A stretch of 64,000 bases of DNA. Source: Opitutales bacterium (GTDB taxonomy: Bacteria > Verrucomicrobiota > Verrucomicrobiia > Opitutales > T3Sed10-336). Where the stretch lies: positions 44,864-108,863 of the forward strand of contig SLTG01000001.1 of NCBI GenBank assembly GCA_007130045.1. Direction: 5' to 3'. The notes under the pieces were generated by a model, which saw only the letters and a list, made by a program, of their open reading frames with translations, did not search any database and was not told where the DNA came from. Of the stretch, positions 10,026 to 20,545 are shown one piece after another. Within the stretch, counting starts at the first letter, position 1, and the number at the start of each line of letters is the position of its first letter. The position numbers and the translations under genes are program-made.

Positions 10026-11185
10026 CTTCACTTCTGGAAAACCGAATCCATTCCGCTCTTGAAGAGCGCAGGACGGCAGGCACGCTGCGCGCGCTGAGTC
10101 CGCGCTCCGCTGACGATGATTCCCTCAACCTCGCCGACAACGACACCCTCGATCTCGCCCGGGACCCCTCCGTAATCGAAGCGGCCTGCGCCGCCAATCG
10201 CCGATGGGGTTGCTCCTCGTCGGCCTCCCCTCTTATCACCGGCTATACCGACGCCCACAACGCGCTGGAAAGAACTCTCTGCGAATGGCACGGCGCCCCC
10301 TCCTGTCTTGTCTGGAACAGCGGGTTCACGGCAAACCAGGCAGTCCTCGGGCGGCTGCCGGCCAAAGGCGACCTCGTCCTCGCCGACCGGCTGATCCACA
10401 ACAGTATGATTTCCGGCATACTTGGAAGCGGCGCCCGGCTCCGGCGCTTCCGGCACAACGATCTCTCCGGCCTGGAGGCGCTATTGAAGAATGAAGCCTC
10501 GGGAGGCCGCAGCGTTTTCGTGGTGACCGAAACCGTTTACAGCATGGACGGGGACTACCCGGATCCGGCGCGGATGGCCGCCCTCAAAAAACGCAATCCT
10601 TTCTTCTGGGTGGTGGACGAAGCCCATGCCACGGGTTGGTTCGGGAAAACAGGCGCCGGTCTATTGGAGGAATCCGGTACGAGTTCCCATGCGGATGTCA
10701 TCGTGGGGACGCTGGGAAAAGCTCTCGGCTCCCAGGGCGCGTACACGCTGTTCCGCAATGAACGGATTCGGGACTACCTTATCAACGTCGCGGGCGAGTT
10801 TATCTACTCCACCTACCTGCCCCCCGCCTGCGCCGCGGCCGCTTCCACCGCGGTCGAGCGATGCCGCGAGCTCGCCGCCAGCCGGCACGAGTGGAGAACG
10901 GCGTCGTCAATGTTTCGTCGCCAACTCGCTGCGGACGGATGGAACGTTCCCGATGGAGACTCGCCCATCGTTCCCGTCTTGGCCGGCGATCCCGGACGGA
11001 CAATGAGCATCGCCGCGTCCCTCGCGCGAAGCGGAATTCTGGTCGGAGCGGTCCGTCCGCCGACCGTGCCGCCGGACACCAGCCGCCTTCGCATCTCGCT
11101 GAAACGAAGTCTTTCCGATCCGGATTACGCCCGGATTCGAGCAGCGCTTGCACGCGCATCGGAATCGGATTCGAGAATCCAATGA
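10022..11185 (+). CDS. bioF: 8-amino-7-oxononanoate synthase
   Basis: Alpha-oxoamine synthase blocks 'TETVYSMDGD', 'VDEAHATG' and 'GTLGKALGSQGAY' (PLP lysine). The TTG start overlaps the bioD stop (TTGA). Confidence 0.9.
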   Translation: MTSLLENRIHSALEERRTAGTLRALSPRSADDDSLNLADNDTLDLARDPSVIEAACAANRRWGCSSSASPLITGYTDAHNALERTLCEWHGAPSCLVWNSGFTANQAVLGRLPAKGDLVLADRLIHNSMISGILGSGARLRRFRHNDLSGLEALLKNEASGGRSVFVVTETVYSMDGDYPDPARMAALKKRNPFFWVVDEAHATGWFGKTGAGLLEESGTSSHADVIVGTLGKALGSQGAYTLFRNERIRDYLINVAGEFIYSTYLPPACAAAASTAVERCRELAASRHEWRTASSMFRRQLAADGWNVPDGDSPIVPVLAGDPGRTMSIAASLARSGILVGAVRPPTVPPDTSRLRISLKRSLSDPDYARIRAALARASESDSRIQ

Positions 11186-11799
11186 ACATCCTTTGGGTCA
11201 ACGGTTGGGGAATCCCCGCCGAATGGTTGCGGAATCTGGCCGCCGGCATTTTCCCTGACGCCGCTCACACGGTTGTGCCGCCGCTTGCGGAACACGAACT
11301 CCTGCACGAACGAAACCGCTTTGATCGCGTCGCCGGTTACTCGCTCGGCGCGTTCCTCGTGCTCCGGGAAGAGATCCAGCTCCCCTGCGGCCGGCCTGTC
11401 GCCCTGCTGGCTCCTTATTTCAGTTTCGTCGCGGAGGATGGCCTCGGAGGGCGCGTGCAACGGACTCGGCTTCGTTACCTGAACCGTTGGTTTAAGCGCG
11501 AACCGGCCGGCGCGCTCAACGATTTCTACGAACGCGCCGGACTGCGGGAACTGTCTGGCCGATCGGACCTTCCGTACGAGCGCAAACAACTTCTTTCCGG
11601 CCTTGAACTCCTGATGAATGGAACGGTCCCGGCAGCGTGGCCGGAAAGAGCCTCGGGCTTCGTCGGGGCGGACGATCCCCTGCTCGACGCAACCCGGTTG
11701 CACGAACTGTGTCCGCACCTGAACGTCATTTCAGGAAGCGGCCATCATCCCGCCCCGTTGATGCGATCATTGAACCGCCACTGGACTTCACCATGCTGA
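11182..11799 (+). CDS. Short alpha/beta hydrolase, putative pimeloyl-[ACP] methyl ester esterase (BioH/BioG-type role by context)
   Basis: The ATG at 11182 overlaps the bioF stop (ATGA). 205 aa. Nucleophile elbow 'GYSLGA' and C-terminal 'GSGHHP'. It sits between bioF and bioC. Confidence 0.55.
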   Translation: MNILWVNGWGIPAEWLRNLAAGIFPDAAHTVVPPLAEHELLHERNRFDRVAGYSLGAFLVLREEIQLPCGRPVALLAPYFSFVAEDGLGGRVQRTRLRYLNRWFKREPAGALNDFYERAGLRELSGRSDLPYERKQLLSGLELLMNGTVPAAWPERASGFVGADDPLLDATRLHELCPHLNVISGSGHHPAPLMRSLNRHWTSPC

Positions 11800-11868
11800 A
11801 AGTTCACGATTCCAGACCCGCAATCAACACGCACGAAGACCCGCTTCCGGAAATGCGCTGTTTCTCTC

Positions 11869-12591
11869 ATGTCCCGCATGGATCACCGATTCGATAAAGC
11901 CGCCCGCACGTACGACGCCTTCGCGCAAGTGCAGCGGGCGATGGCCGATTGGCTTGCCGAATGGATCCCCGCCGAACGAACCGGCAGCGCCATCGAAATC
12001 GGAGCCGGCACGGGATTATTTACCCGTCACCTGCGCCCCTGGAGCGAATCCCTTCGAGCGACGGACCTTTCGGGAAAAATGGTTGGTACGGGAATGAAGA
12101 AATATCCGGAGATCGAATGGATGGTGCGCGACGCCGGTAAAATCGAACCGGAGACCTATGACTGGATTTTTTCGTGCAGTTTTCTCCAGTGGAGCGAATC
12201 CCCGCAGACATTGCTCGAGTTGTGGCGCCGGAGTCTCGTTCCCGGCGGAAAGGTTCTGGCCGGATTCTTTATCGAAGGAGCGCTGGTCGAACTGAACCGG
12301 ATTCTCGGCGACGAGGCGCCCGTTCCGCGCCGGGATTGGAACGACTGGCGAAGGATTTTTTCCCGCGCCGGATTCCGAATTCTCAGCACCGAAGTCCGCG
12401 CCACTCACTGCACGTACGCATCCTCGCTCGAACTGTTTCGTCATCTGCACCGAATCGGCGCCACCGGCAAACCCCGACTGAACCCTTCCGGGATGAAAAA
12501 GCTCCTCAATACCTACACCGAGGCGTGCGGAATCCCCGGCGGCGGAGTGAAAGCGACCTGGAAGTATTGCCGTCTCCTTGCCGAACGTTGA
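11869..12591 (+). CDS. bioC: Malonyl-[ACP] O-methyltransferase
   Basis: Class I SAM methyltransferase motif I 'AIEIGAGTGLFTRHL'. 240 aa. It is the last gene of the bio cluster. Confidence 0.75.
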   Translation: MSRMDHRFDKAARTYDAFAQVQRAMADWLAEWIPAERTGSAIEIGAGTGLFTRHLRPWSESLRATDLSGKMVGTGMKKYPEIEWMVRDAGKIEPETYDWIFSCSFLQWSESPQTLLELWRRSLVPGGKVLAGFFIEGALVELNRILGDEAPVPRRDWNDWRRIFSRAGFRILSTEVRATHCTYASSLELFRHLHRIGATGKPRLNPSGMKKLLNTYTEACGIPGGGVKATWKYCRLLAER

Positions 12592-12631
12592 CCGGAACCG
12601 CTGCCGGGGCGACCGAGCCACTTGATTCGGT

Positions 12632-13312
12632 TTACCCTTCCCCGACGAAGAGGAAACGGTCGGCCAATTGATTGAGCGCGCGGCGCGCCGGGCGAAACAC
12701 GTCGGCCAGTTCGCCGACGACCGGTGTGAGATCGTACCTGCCCGCCAGCCGGTGCCCCCCGGCGACGCGCAAATGGCTCTCCCCTAGAGTTTCGTAATAG
12801 TCGATGCCCGGGGCGCCCCGGCGCCTCGACCGGCAACCGATGTGTTCGGCATATATCCCGGAAAGAAACAGCGCCACGTTACCGATATGCAAAGACATGA
12901 AAAAGCGCAGTTCTTCGGAGGCGTCCTGCATCGCCGCCATCATATCGGTCAGATAATCCATCACCGGCAATCGGCCGCCCGCCGGCCGGCGTATCCGCTC
13001 GAGTCGACTGAAGTCGCTCAGGACCGATGCGACGTAATCCGCGAGAGTGCGTTCCGCCAGACCCGCACGCAGAAAGACCCGGCGCACCATGATGTAAAAA
13101 TAGAACGGCGTGGAGACCGACACCAGGCGGTCCTCTTCCAGCAACGCGTGAAAGAGTCGCTCGTTATCCAAAATCCTGTCGCAGCCTTCAGAATCACCGA
13201 GCAGACGATAAAGCGCCTCCTTTTCCTTCTCCCCGCTCGCCAGTTGCTCCGCGACAAACTCATAATCCGAGGGCACAAAGCGGAGCCTGCATCTGGGACC
13301 TATTACGTGCAT
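12632..13312 (-). CDS. Conserved-looking hypothetical protein
   Basis: 226-aa ORF with coding-like composition and no motif I recognise. It is convergent with bioC. Confidence 0.5.
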   Translation of the reverse strand: MHVIGPRCRLRFVPSDYEFVAEQLASGEKEKEALYRLLGDSEGCDRILDNERLFHALLEEDRLVSVSTPFYFYIMVRRVFLRAGLAERTLADYVASVLSDFSRLERIRRPAGGRLPVMDYLTDMMAAMQDASEELRFFMSLHIGNVALFLSGIYAEHIGCRSRRRGAPGIDYYETLGESHLRVAGGHRLAGRYDLTPVVGELADVFRPARRALNQLADRFLFVGEG

Positions 13313-13405
13313 GGATACGTTTTCGGGTCTGACGGAAAAGAATCAGGATCTATCGGAAGCGTACTCGCAACCGGACAATTCGCAAACTCTTTATGAATCG
13401 ATATA

Positions 13406-13418
13406 TTGCACCGTGCAA
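13406..13418. promoter_or_regulatory. Perfect palindrome, candidate enhancer-binding-protein site upstream of the glnA sigma54 promoter
   Basis: 'TTGCACcGTGCAA' lies about 100 nt upstream of the -24/-12 element. TGCAC half-sites recall NtrC sites (TGCACC-N5-GGTGCA), but the spacing differs. Confidence 0.3.
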
Positions 13419-13505
13419 CCGATTCGGCTTGAAATCAGGCGAAAGGCGTTGAGAGAACACCCCGTTCCATGTCGATTCCTGGCCACTCCCTTCGAAATTG
13501 AGGCT

Positions 13506-13520
13506 TGGCATCGTTTTTGC
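13506..13520 (+). promoter_or_regulatory. Sigma54 (-24/-12) promoter of glnA
   Basis: 'TGGCAT-cgttt-TTGC' matches TGGCAC-N5-TTGC with correct spacing, about 112 nt upstream of the glnA ATG. Confidence 0.55.
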
Positions 13521-13631
13521 CTATGAGAATACTCGCCGTAATCCCGGTCTTCGGCGCGTTAATGTTCACTTAAACACTGCGTTAACCTCCGCACGGAGAT
13601 AAAACCGACAGCGTTAAAACCACCAATACCA

Positions 13632-15053
13632 ATGGCAAAAACCAAGACACCTAAAGAAGTACTCGAACTGGCAAAAAAGAATGACGTCAAGATCGTCGAT
13701 CTGAAGTTTACCGACATCCTGGGCGCATGGCAGCATTTCTCGATTCCGTTGTCGGAATTGACAGAAGAGGTTTTTGAAGAAGGCCTCGGATTCGACGGTT
13801 CCAGCATTCGCGGTTGGAAAACGATCGATGCCTCGGACATGCTCGTTATTCCGGACCCGGTCACCGCCTTCCTCGACCCCTTCACGCTCCATTCGACACT
13901 CAGCCTCACCTGTGCGATCTCCGATCCGGTCACCCGCGAGCCGTACGAACGCGATCCTCGCGGAATCGCGATCAAGGCCGAAGCGTTTCTAAAATCAACC
14001 GGTGTCGCCGATACCGCGTTTTTCGGACCCGAAGCCGAATTCTTCGTTTTCGACGACGTCCGTTTCGACACCCAGTCCAACACCTCCTTCTACCATGTCG
14101 ACTCGGTGGAGGGGACCTGGAACCGGGGAAACGAAGAGTTTCCCAACCTCGGATACAAGATCCGTCACAAGGAAGGCTATCTCCCCGTGGCGCCGGCCGA
14201 CAAGCACGTGGACATCCGCAACGAAATGATTCTTACGATGATTGATCTCGGGATCGATATCGAACGCGAACACCACGAAGTCTCGACCGCGGGTCAGGCC
14301 GAAATCGACGTCGTGTTCGACACGCTCCTGAGCATGGGGGACAAGATGTGCCTCTACAAGTACATCGTGCGCAATATCGCCCACAAACACGGCAAGACCG
14401 CGACGTTCATGCCCAAACCGCTCTACTTGGACAACGGTTCCGGCATGCACATCCACTCTTCGCTGTGGAAGGACGGAAAACCGCTTTTCGCAGGCGACGG
14501 CTATGCCGGCCTCAGCGAAATGGCCTTGAACTACATCGGGGGCATACTCAAGCACGCGCCCACCCTTTGCGCGCTCTGCAACCCGACGAACAACAGTTAT
14601 AAGCGGCTGACGCCGGGTTTCGAGGCGCCGGTCAACCTGGCCTACTCGGCCCGGAACCGTTCGGCGTCAATCCGCATCCCGACCTACAGCGCCAGTCCCA
14701 AGGCAAAGCGCGTGGAATACCGGACGCCGGACCCGTCCGCCAACCCGTACCTCGCCTTTTCCGCCATCATGATGGCCGGGCTCGACGGGATTCTCAACAA
14801 GATCGATCCGGGCGACGCGGTTGACAAGAACCTCTACGAACTCGAGCCGGAAGAGCTCTCCAGGATTCCGACCGTACCGGATTCTCTCCGCGGAGCATTC
14901 GAAGCGCTGGAAAACGATCACGAGTTTCTCATGCAGGGAGATGTCTTCACGAAGGACTTCATTGACAACTTCGTCGATATCAAGAAGGCCGAATACGACG
15001 CGGTACGGGTACGCCCGCACCCGTACGAATTCCACATGTACTACGACATTTGA
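13632..15053 (+). CDS. glnA: Glutamine synthetase type I
   Basis: Blocks 'FDGSSIRGW', '[18 protein letters not shown]', '[13 protein letters not shown]', 'ASIRIP' and 'NLYELEPEE'. 473 aa. Confidence 0.95.
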   Translation: MAKTKTPKEVLELAKKNDVKIVDLKFTDILGAWQHFSIPLSELTEEVFEEGLGFDGSSIRGWKTIDASDMLVIPDPVTAFLDPFTLHSTLSLTCAISDPVTREPYERDPRGIAIKAEAFLKSTGVADTAFFGPEAEFFVFDDVRFDTQSNTSFYHVDSVEGTWNRGNEEFPNLGYKIRHKEGYLPVAPADKHVDIRNEMILTMIDLGIDIEREHHEVSTAGQAEIDVVFDTLLSMGDKMCLYKYIVRNIAHKHGKTATFMPKPLYLDNGSGMHIHSSLWKDGKPLFAGDGYAGLSEMALNYIGGILKHAPTLCALCNPTNNSYKRLTPGFEAPVNLAYSARNRSASIRIPTYSASPKAKRVEYRTPDPSANPYLAFSAIMMAGLDGILNKIDPGDAVDKNLYELEPEELSRIPTVPDSLRGAFEALENDHEFLMQGDVFTKDFIDNFVDIKKAEYDAVRVRPHPYEFHMYYDI

Positions 15054-15136
15054 TCACGCCGCATCCGTAACGGAATTCGAGGTTCGTTTCGTCCGGGAGC
15101 GTTCGGTGACGAATCTCTGAGCAATCCGAGCCCGCG

Positions 15137-16663
15137 CTACAACCTTCCCAGCCAGTCGCTGAGCGGTCCCTGGAAAAAGCCGAGAACGACGGTCGCCGCC
15201 GCGAGTGTCCCGAGAATCAGCCGGCTGATCGAGCTGATCTCCGGCCATTCGCGGGAGCGTGCCGCTTCCTCAGGCGAAACCTGCCAGTACTGGAAAACCG
15301 CGGCCTTGATCCACCCGAAATAATAATAGATTGAAAGGACCACCCCGAAGACCGATACGGCCAACAACCAGTAAAGCCCCGCCTGGAACGCCGCGATAAA
15401 AATCAGAAGTTTGCCGATGAAGCCTGCCAGGGGCGGGATGCCCGCCAGCGACCCGAGCCCGACCACCAGCACTCCGCCCAGAAAGGGACGGTTTTTCGCC
15501 AGGTCGAGATAATCTTCGAGTTCGTCACCGGTCCCGTCTTCAGGCGACAGATGGGCCATCACACCAAAAACGGCGAACGATCCGAGAAGATAGGTAACGA
15601 GGTAAAAGACAACCGCCCCCATCGCCCAGGGCACGTAAAGCGAAGCGATCACACCGACCAGAAGGTAGCCGGCATGCGCGATTCCGGATAGACCCATCAG
15701 CCGCTTGGTGTTGCGCTGCGTCAGTGCCGCAATGTTTCCGTAGAGGATCGTCAGAATCGCGAGAAGGCTCAGCAATGGAACAAGGATCGTCTCCATAGGC
15801 TGAAACACTTTCAGGACCAGCGTCAGCAACACCGCGAACCCGGCGGCCTTGGACGCCACCGCGAGGAAGGCGGTAACGGGCGTGGACGCGCCCTGGTAAA
15901 CGTCGGGCACCCAGATCTGGAACGGAAACGCGGCGATCTTGAACGCCACGCCCGCGATCACCAGGATCATCCCGATAATCGCAATATTGCTTTCAGGATG
16001 ATTCTTAAGAAACGCGTTAAGGGCGCCGAAATTCATCGAGTCCGATGAGGACCCTTCCAGCAACGGATTGCCGGCGATACCGTAGAGCAGGGCGATCCCG
16101 AACAGCATCACCGCTGAGCTGAGCGCCGCCAGCACCAGGTATTTCAGTCCGGCTTCGAGCGCAATTGCCTGGTAACGTAGATAGCACACCAAAACAAAAA
16201 AACCCACCGTCACCGTCTCCAGGGAAATAAAGAACAATACGAAGTGGTTGCTCTGGGCGAGCAGCATCAACGCCGCCGTGACCACCAGCGCAATATGGAA
16301 AAACTCGACCTTCGGCACCTGCTTTCCCGCAAGCGAAATGGTCGCCAGGTGACAGACCAACAGGGAGCTCACCAGGAAGAAGACCCGCATCACCTGCCCC
16401 ACTCCGTCGTGAAACAGCATCCCCCCGAATGTCTCCTGCCCGATGTATCCGCCGCCGGCGCGGAAAAACGCGAGAAACCAGACAAGCACCACAAGCTGCC
16501 CGATAATCGCAACCCTGGGGATCAGGACGTGTCGGTTCTTCGGAAGGAAAATCTCCAACACCAACAGGGTCAGTGCCAGAACTCCCAGGGCGATTTCCGG
16601 AAGGATTGCGCCCCACTGATTGGAAGCGGCGATCTCCTTGAATTCTATTAAATGGTCACTCAT
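15137..16663 (-). CDS. nuoN: NADH-quinone oxidoreductase subunit N
   Basis: ORF 15137..16804; the ATG at 16663 gives 'MSDHLIEFKEI'. Polytopic antiporter-like protein. It is last in the J-K-L-M-N order and overlaps the nuoM stop by 8 nt. Confidence 0.85.
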   Translation of the reverse strand: MSDHLIEFKEIAASNQWGAILPEIALGVLALTLLVLEIFLPKNRHVLIPRVAIIGQLVVLVWFLAFFRAGGGYIGQETFGGMLFHDGVGQVMRVFFLVSSLLVCHLATISLAGKQVPKVEFFHIALVVTAALMLLAQSNHFVLFFISLETVTVGFFVLVCYLRYQAIALEAGLKYLVLAALSSAVMLFGIALLYGIAGNPLLEGSSSDSMNFGALNAFLKNHPESNIAIIGMILVIAGVAFKIAAFPFQIWVPDVYQGASTPVTAFLAVASKAAGFAVLLTLVLKVFQPMETILVPLLSLLAILTILYGNIAALTQRNTKRLMGLSGIAHAGYLLVGVIASLYVPWAMGAVVFYLVTYLLGSFAVFGVMAHLSPEDGTGDELEDYLDLAKNRPFLGGVLVVGLGSLAGIPPLAGFIGKLLIFIAAFQAGLYWLLAVSVFGVVLSIYYYFGWIKAAVFQYWQVSPEEAARSREWPEISSISRLILGTLAAATVVLGFFQGPLSDWLGRL

Positions 16664-18314
16664 GGGAATGGTTATCCATCTTGATCGCAGTGCGGACCTC
16701 CGTTCCCGGCGGCGCACAACAGGTAGGCAATCTTTCCGCAAAGCCGTACGAAGCGGCTCCTTCAGCCGAGCCGGGCGTCGCGTCCGCCGCTTCAATCGCG
16801 ACATCGCCGCCTCCGTACATCGGCGCCACGGTTTCGTTTATTCCGTCGGTGAGCGAACGTGGCCACAGCCCCACAAGGATCAGAAGCGCCAGCAGGACAA
16901 GTGCCGGCGTCCGCTCGAACCATAGTATGTCGTGGATCGTTTTCCCTTTCGACGCCTTCCTGAACTCATCCGTTTCCTCGCCGAAAAAGATGTTTCCGGC
17001 CGCGCGCAATCCATAGACAGCCGAAATCACGACCCCGAACACCGCCGGAACCACCATCCATTCACGGTACTGCCAAAGCCCGATAAACACGGTCAGCTCG
17101 CCCCAGAAGTTCGCGAGTCCGGGTCCCGGAAGACCGATGCTGGCGAGCATGGCCGTCACAAAGAACGCCGCCAGGACCGGAGCCTTCCGCGCGAGCCCAC
17201 CCATCTCCCTCATATCAAAGGTTCCGGTCCGCTGGTAAATGCAGTTCCCCAGCAGGAACAGGAGGGCGACTGTCAGCCCGTGCGCGAACATCAGGATGAC
17301 CGCGCCTCCCACCCCGACGGCGGACAGACACGCCAGACCGAGGAAACAGTATCCCATGTGCATGACGGAACTGAATCCGATCATCTGCTTGAGATCGCGT
17401 TGCGCAACGGTAACAAAGCCGATGACGATCACGTTTCCGAGGGCCAGAAGGGCGAGCAGGTACATCCAGCTCGCCGCTCCTTCCGGCAGCAGGGGCGCGC
17501 CGATTTGAATCAGGCCGTAGAGGCCGAACTTCTTGAGAACCCCGGCGTGCAGCATGGCCGCCGACGTGGGCGCCGCGCCATAGCCCAATGCAGCCCAGGT
17601 GTGGAACGGCCAGAGTGAAACGAGAATCCCGAACCCGAACAGCAGGAGCGCAAACGTGTGCCGCTGTGCAACACTGCCGATGCTCTGCCCTTCGAGGGCG
17701 TTTTTCAGGCTGATGATATCGAACGATGTCGCCCCGCTCTGCACGTAAAGCGCAATCAGCCCGACCAGCGACAGCAGCGCACCGAGCGAGAGGTAAATCG
17801 TCATCTTCATGGCGGCGTAGTGCCGCTCGCGCCCGCCCCAGATACCGATCATCAGAAACGTTGGAATCAGGGCGATTTCGTGAAAGAAGTAGAAAAAGAA
17901 AACATCGACAGAGGCAAAGATCCCCATCAACCCGCCGTGCATGAAAAGCAGCAGCGCCAGGTATTGCCGCAATCGTTCGGCAGGCGAAACCAGAGCGTAA
18001 AACCCCGCGGCGAATCCGGCGACTCCCGCCAGAACAAAGAGCGGCAAAGATATTCCGTTGAGTCCCAGTTTGAGCGAAATGCCCACGATGCCGAGGCCCG
18101 TCGGGACTTCTGTAAGGAACGCATAACCCGTTTCCGGATCGGGCGAGAACGCGAACCAGAGCCAAAGCGAAACCAACGCCGGAAACAGAAATCCCACGAA
18201 CGCGAGCTTCCGGGCAAACACGTTGGCCGAGGTGCCGAACAACAGCAGAATGCCGCCGAAAATGATCGGAACGAAAACGGAGAGTTGAAGCAGACTTTCG
18301 GAAATCTCAGCCAT
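16656..18314 (-). CDS. nuoM: NADH-quinone oxidoreductase subunit M
   Basis: ORF 16656..18359; the ATG at 18314 gives 'MAEISESLLQL'. Antiporter-like blocks 'KLGLNGISLPLF', 'WPFHTWA' and 'LKKFGLYGL'. Confidence 0.9.
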   Translation of the reverse strand: MAEISESLLQLSVFVPIIFGGILLLFGTSANVFARKLAFVGFLFPALVSLWLWFAFSPDPETGYAFLTEVPTGLGIVGISLKLGLNGISLPLFVLAGVAGFAAGFYALVSPAERLRQYLALLLFMHGGLMGIFASVDVFFFYFFHEIALIPTFLMIGIWGGRERHYAAMKMTIYLSLGALLSLVGLIALYVQSGATSFDIISLKNALEGQSIGSVAQRHTFALLLFGFGILVSLWPFHTWAALGYGAAPTSAAMLHAGVLKKFGLYGLIQIGAPLLPEGAASWMYLLALLALGNVIVIGFVTVAQRDLKQMIGFSSVMHMGYCFLGLACLSAVGVGGAVILMFAHGLTVALLFLLGNCIYQRTGTFDMREMGGLARKAPVLAAFFVTAMLASIGLPGPGLANFWGELTVFIGLWQYREWMVVPAVFGVVISAVYGLRAAGNIFFGEETDEFRKASKGKTIHDILWFERTPALVLLALLILVGLWPRSLTDGINETVAPMYGGGDVAIEAADATPGSAEGAASYGFAERLPTCCAPPGTEVRTAIKMDNHSHE

Positions 18315-18331
18315 AACCGGAAAAAGTGGGT

Positions 18332-20200
18332 TCAGAGAATGAAGCCAACAAAAAGCCACATCAGCACCACACCGAGAAAGATCCAGTACACGTACCCGTG
18401 CAGACTCCCGGTCTGGGCGGACTTGATGCCAAGACTCACAAACCCGATTATCCCGGCCGCGCCGCGAACGATCAGGCCGGAGATCACAATGTGATCGAAA
18501 AAATTAATCAGACTGGAAAAGCGCTGCTGAACCTTCACCACGTACCAGTCGTAAACGTCGTCAAAGAAGAAAGCGCGCGCCAGGAACGAATGTATCGCCG
18601 GCCGGTGTTGTTCCAGCCGATCCTTCCGCGCGCCTGCTCCGTAAAAAAGCCACGCCGCGACCAGGCCCGCGACAAGCACCGAAATCGACACTCCCGCCAC
18701 CAGTGCAAAATCGCCCCCCTCGGCGTGCGGCACGTGCATCATGATGTCGTGAAAGATCGCCGGGTGCATGAACTCGTAGCCCGCCAGCACCGAAAAAATC
18801 GCAAGGATCACCAACGGGCCCGTCATCACCCAACCATTCTCGCGGGCATCACTCGCGGCCTCGCTCTTCGCCTCACCGAAAAACGCCGTCAGCCAAAGCC
18901 GCGTCATGTAAAACGCGGTCAGAAGCGCCGTCAACGCCAAAATAACGAACACCGCCTTGCTGTTCGCCCAGGCAAGATAAAGAATAGCGTCCTTGCTGAA
19001 GAAGCCCGCAAGTCCGGGCATGCCGATCAGCGCGAGCACGCCGATGGTAAATGTGGCGAATGTGATCGGCATTGTGACACGAAGGCCGCCCATGCGGTAG
19101 ATGCTCTGCTCGTGATGGCAGGCGTGGATGACCGAGCCCGCACCCAGAAAGAGGAGGGCCTTGAAAAATCCGTGCGTTACCAGGTGGAACATCGCCGCGC
19201 CTATACCCGCCTGGATCGCCGTGCCCGTCTCTCCATCGAGAACAAGCGCTCCGAGCCCGAACGCGGCCACCATATAGCCGAGCTGGGAAATCGTCGAGTA
19301 CGCCAGGATTTTCTTTATATCGGTCTGCGTGATCGCGCACAGGGACCCCAGCACCGCTGTCAGCGCGCCTACCCACATAATCACCGCCATGGCGTCGGGC
19401 GGGATCAGGAAGAAGATCCGGCAGAGGAGATAGATGCCAGCCGCAACCATCGTCGCCGCATGGATCAGGGCCGAAACCGGCGTCGGGCCTTCCATCGCAT
19501 CCGGCAGCCAGACGTGCAGCGGAATCTGTCCCGACTTGCCGAGCGCGCTGCAGAACAGAAGCAACCCGATGCCGACGTGCAGAATCTCCGGATCGGCCCC
19601 CACCAGCGCTTCCATTTCGAACAGGTTGAGGGTCCCGAAATGCCAGTAGCTCCAGATGATGCCCAGCAGGAAACCGAAATCGCCCAGACGGTTGACGATG
19701 AACGCCTTTTTCGCGGCGGCCGCCGCCGAGGGCTTGTGGTAGTAATGATTTATCAGCAGGAACGAACTGAGCCCCACCAACTCCCAGAAAATGAACATCA
19801 TGATCAGGTTGTTGGCGAACACGATCCCCATCATCGAAAACATGAACAACGACAACCCCGCGAAATAGCGTGCCTTGCCCGGATCGTCCTTCATGTATCC
19901 CAAGCTGAAGACATGAATCAGGAAACCGACCACTGCGACGACGAACAGGAGCAGCGCGGCGAGGTCGTTGAAATAGAACCCCATCGAGACCGTATACTCG
20001 CCAAAGGTCATCCAGTCATAAGAAAACTCTTCGCGAATATTTCCGAAAATAAGGTAAAGGGAACCGATGAGCACCACTGCGGCGGCCGCAAGGGACACGG
20101 CGGCCGCCAGTTCCCCCCGGCGCCTGAGAAAAGCGCCGATGAGACCTGCCGAAACGAACGGAACCAGCAGAAGGATGACGATCAGATGCTCGACGCTCAT
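18332..20200 (-). CDS. nuoL: NADH-quinone oxidoreductase subunit L
   Basis: 622 aa. Blocks 'IFWELVGLSSFLLI', 'GKSGQIPLHVWLPDAMEGPTPVSALIHAATMV' and 'AYSTISQLGYM'. Confidence 0.95.
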   Translation of the reverse strand: MSVEHLIVILLLVPFVSAGLIGAFLRRRGELAAAVSLAAAAVVLIGSLYLIFGNIREEFSYDWMTFGEYTVSMGFYFNDLAALLLFVVAVVGFLIHVFSLGYMKDDPGKARYFAGLSLFMFSMMGIVFANNLIMMFIFWELVGLSSFLLINHYYHKPSAAAAAKKAFIVNRLGDFGFLLGIIWSYWHFGTLNLFEMEALVGADPEILHVGIGLLLFCSALGKSGQIPLHVWLPDAMEGPTPVSALIHAATMVAAGIYLLCRIFFLIPPDAMAVIMWVGALTAVLGSLCAITQTDIKKILAYSTISQLGYMVAAFGLGALVLDGETGTAIQAGIGAAMFHLVTHGFFKALLFLGAGSVIHACHHEQSIYRMGGLRVTMPITFATFTIGVLALIGMPGLAGFFSKDAILYLAWANSKAVFVILALTALLTAFYMTRLWLTAFFGEAKSEAASDARENGWVMTGPLVILAIFSVLAGYEFMHPAIFHDIMMHVPHAEGGDFALVAGVSISVLVAGLVAAWLFYGAGARKDRLEQHRPAIHSFLARAFFFDDVYDWYVVKVQQRFSSLINFFDHIVISGLIVRGAAGIIGFVSLGIKSAQTGSLHGYVYWIFLGVVLMWLFVGFIL

Positions 20201-20201
20201 T

Positions 20202-20507
20202 TCAGTGCTTCAGATGATTGAGGGCCGGCAACATAACGGTTCCGCGCCTGCGGAAAAGCTCGACGACGATCGCCAGACCGACCGCTACTTCGGCGGCGGC
20301 GACGGTAATAATGAAAAAGACGAAAACGTTGCCATCCATCGTTCCGTTGAACCGGGAAAAACCCACCAGCGCCAAAGTGACCGCATTGAGCATCAACTCC
20401 AGGCACATGTACACCACCAGAACATTCCGGCGCACGAGAACGCCGACAAATCCGAACGTAAACAAGAGCGCACTGGTCGCCAGAAACTCGTGAATTCCGA
20501 TATTCAT
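20202..20507 (-). CDS. nuoK: NADH-quinone oxidoreductase subunit K
   Basis: 101 aa with 3 TM helices. '[12 protein letters not shown]' and '[12 protein letters not shown]' are typical of NuoK. Confidence 0.9.
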   Translation of the reverse strand: MNIGIHEFLATSALLFTFGFVGVLVRRNVLVVYMCLELMLNAVTLALVGFSRFNGTMDGNVFVFFIITVAAAEVAVGLAIVVELFRRRGTVMLPALNHLKH

Positions 20508-20545
20508 GATTCAGATTTCTTTCGCCGGAATCATAATCCCTCGGT

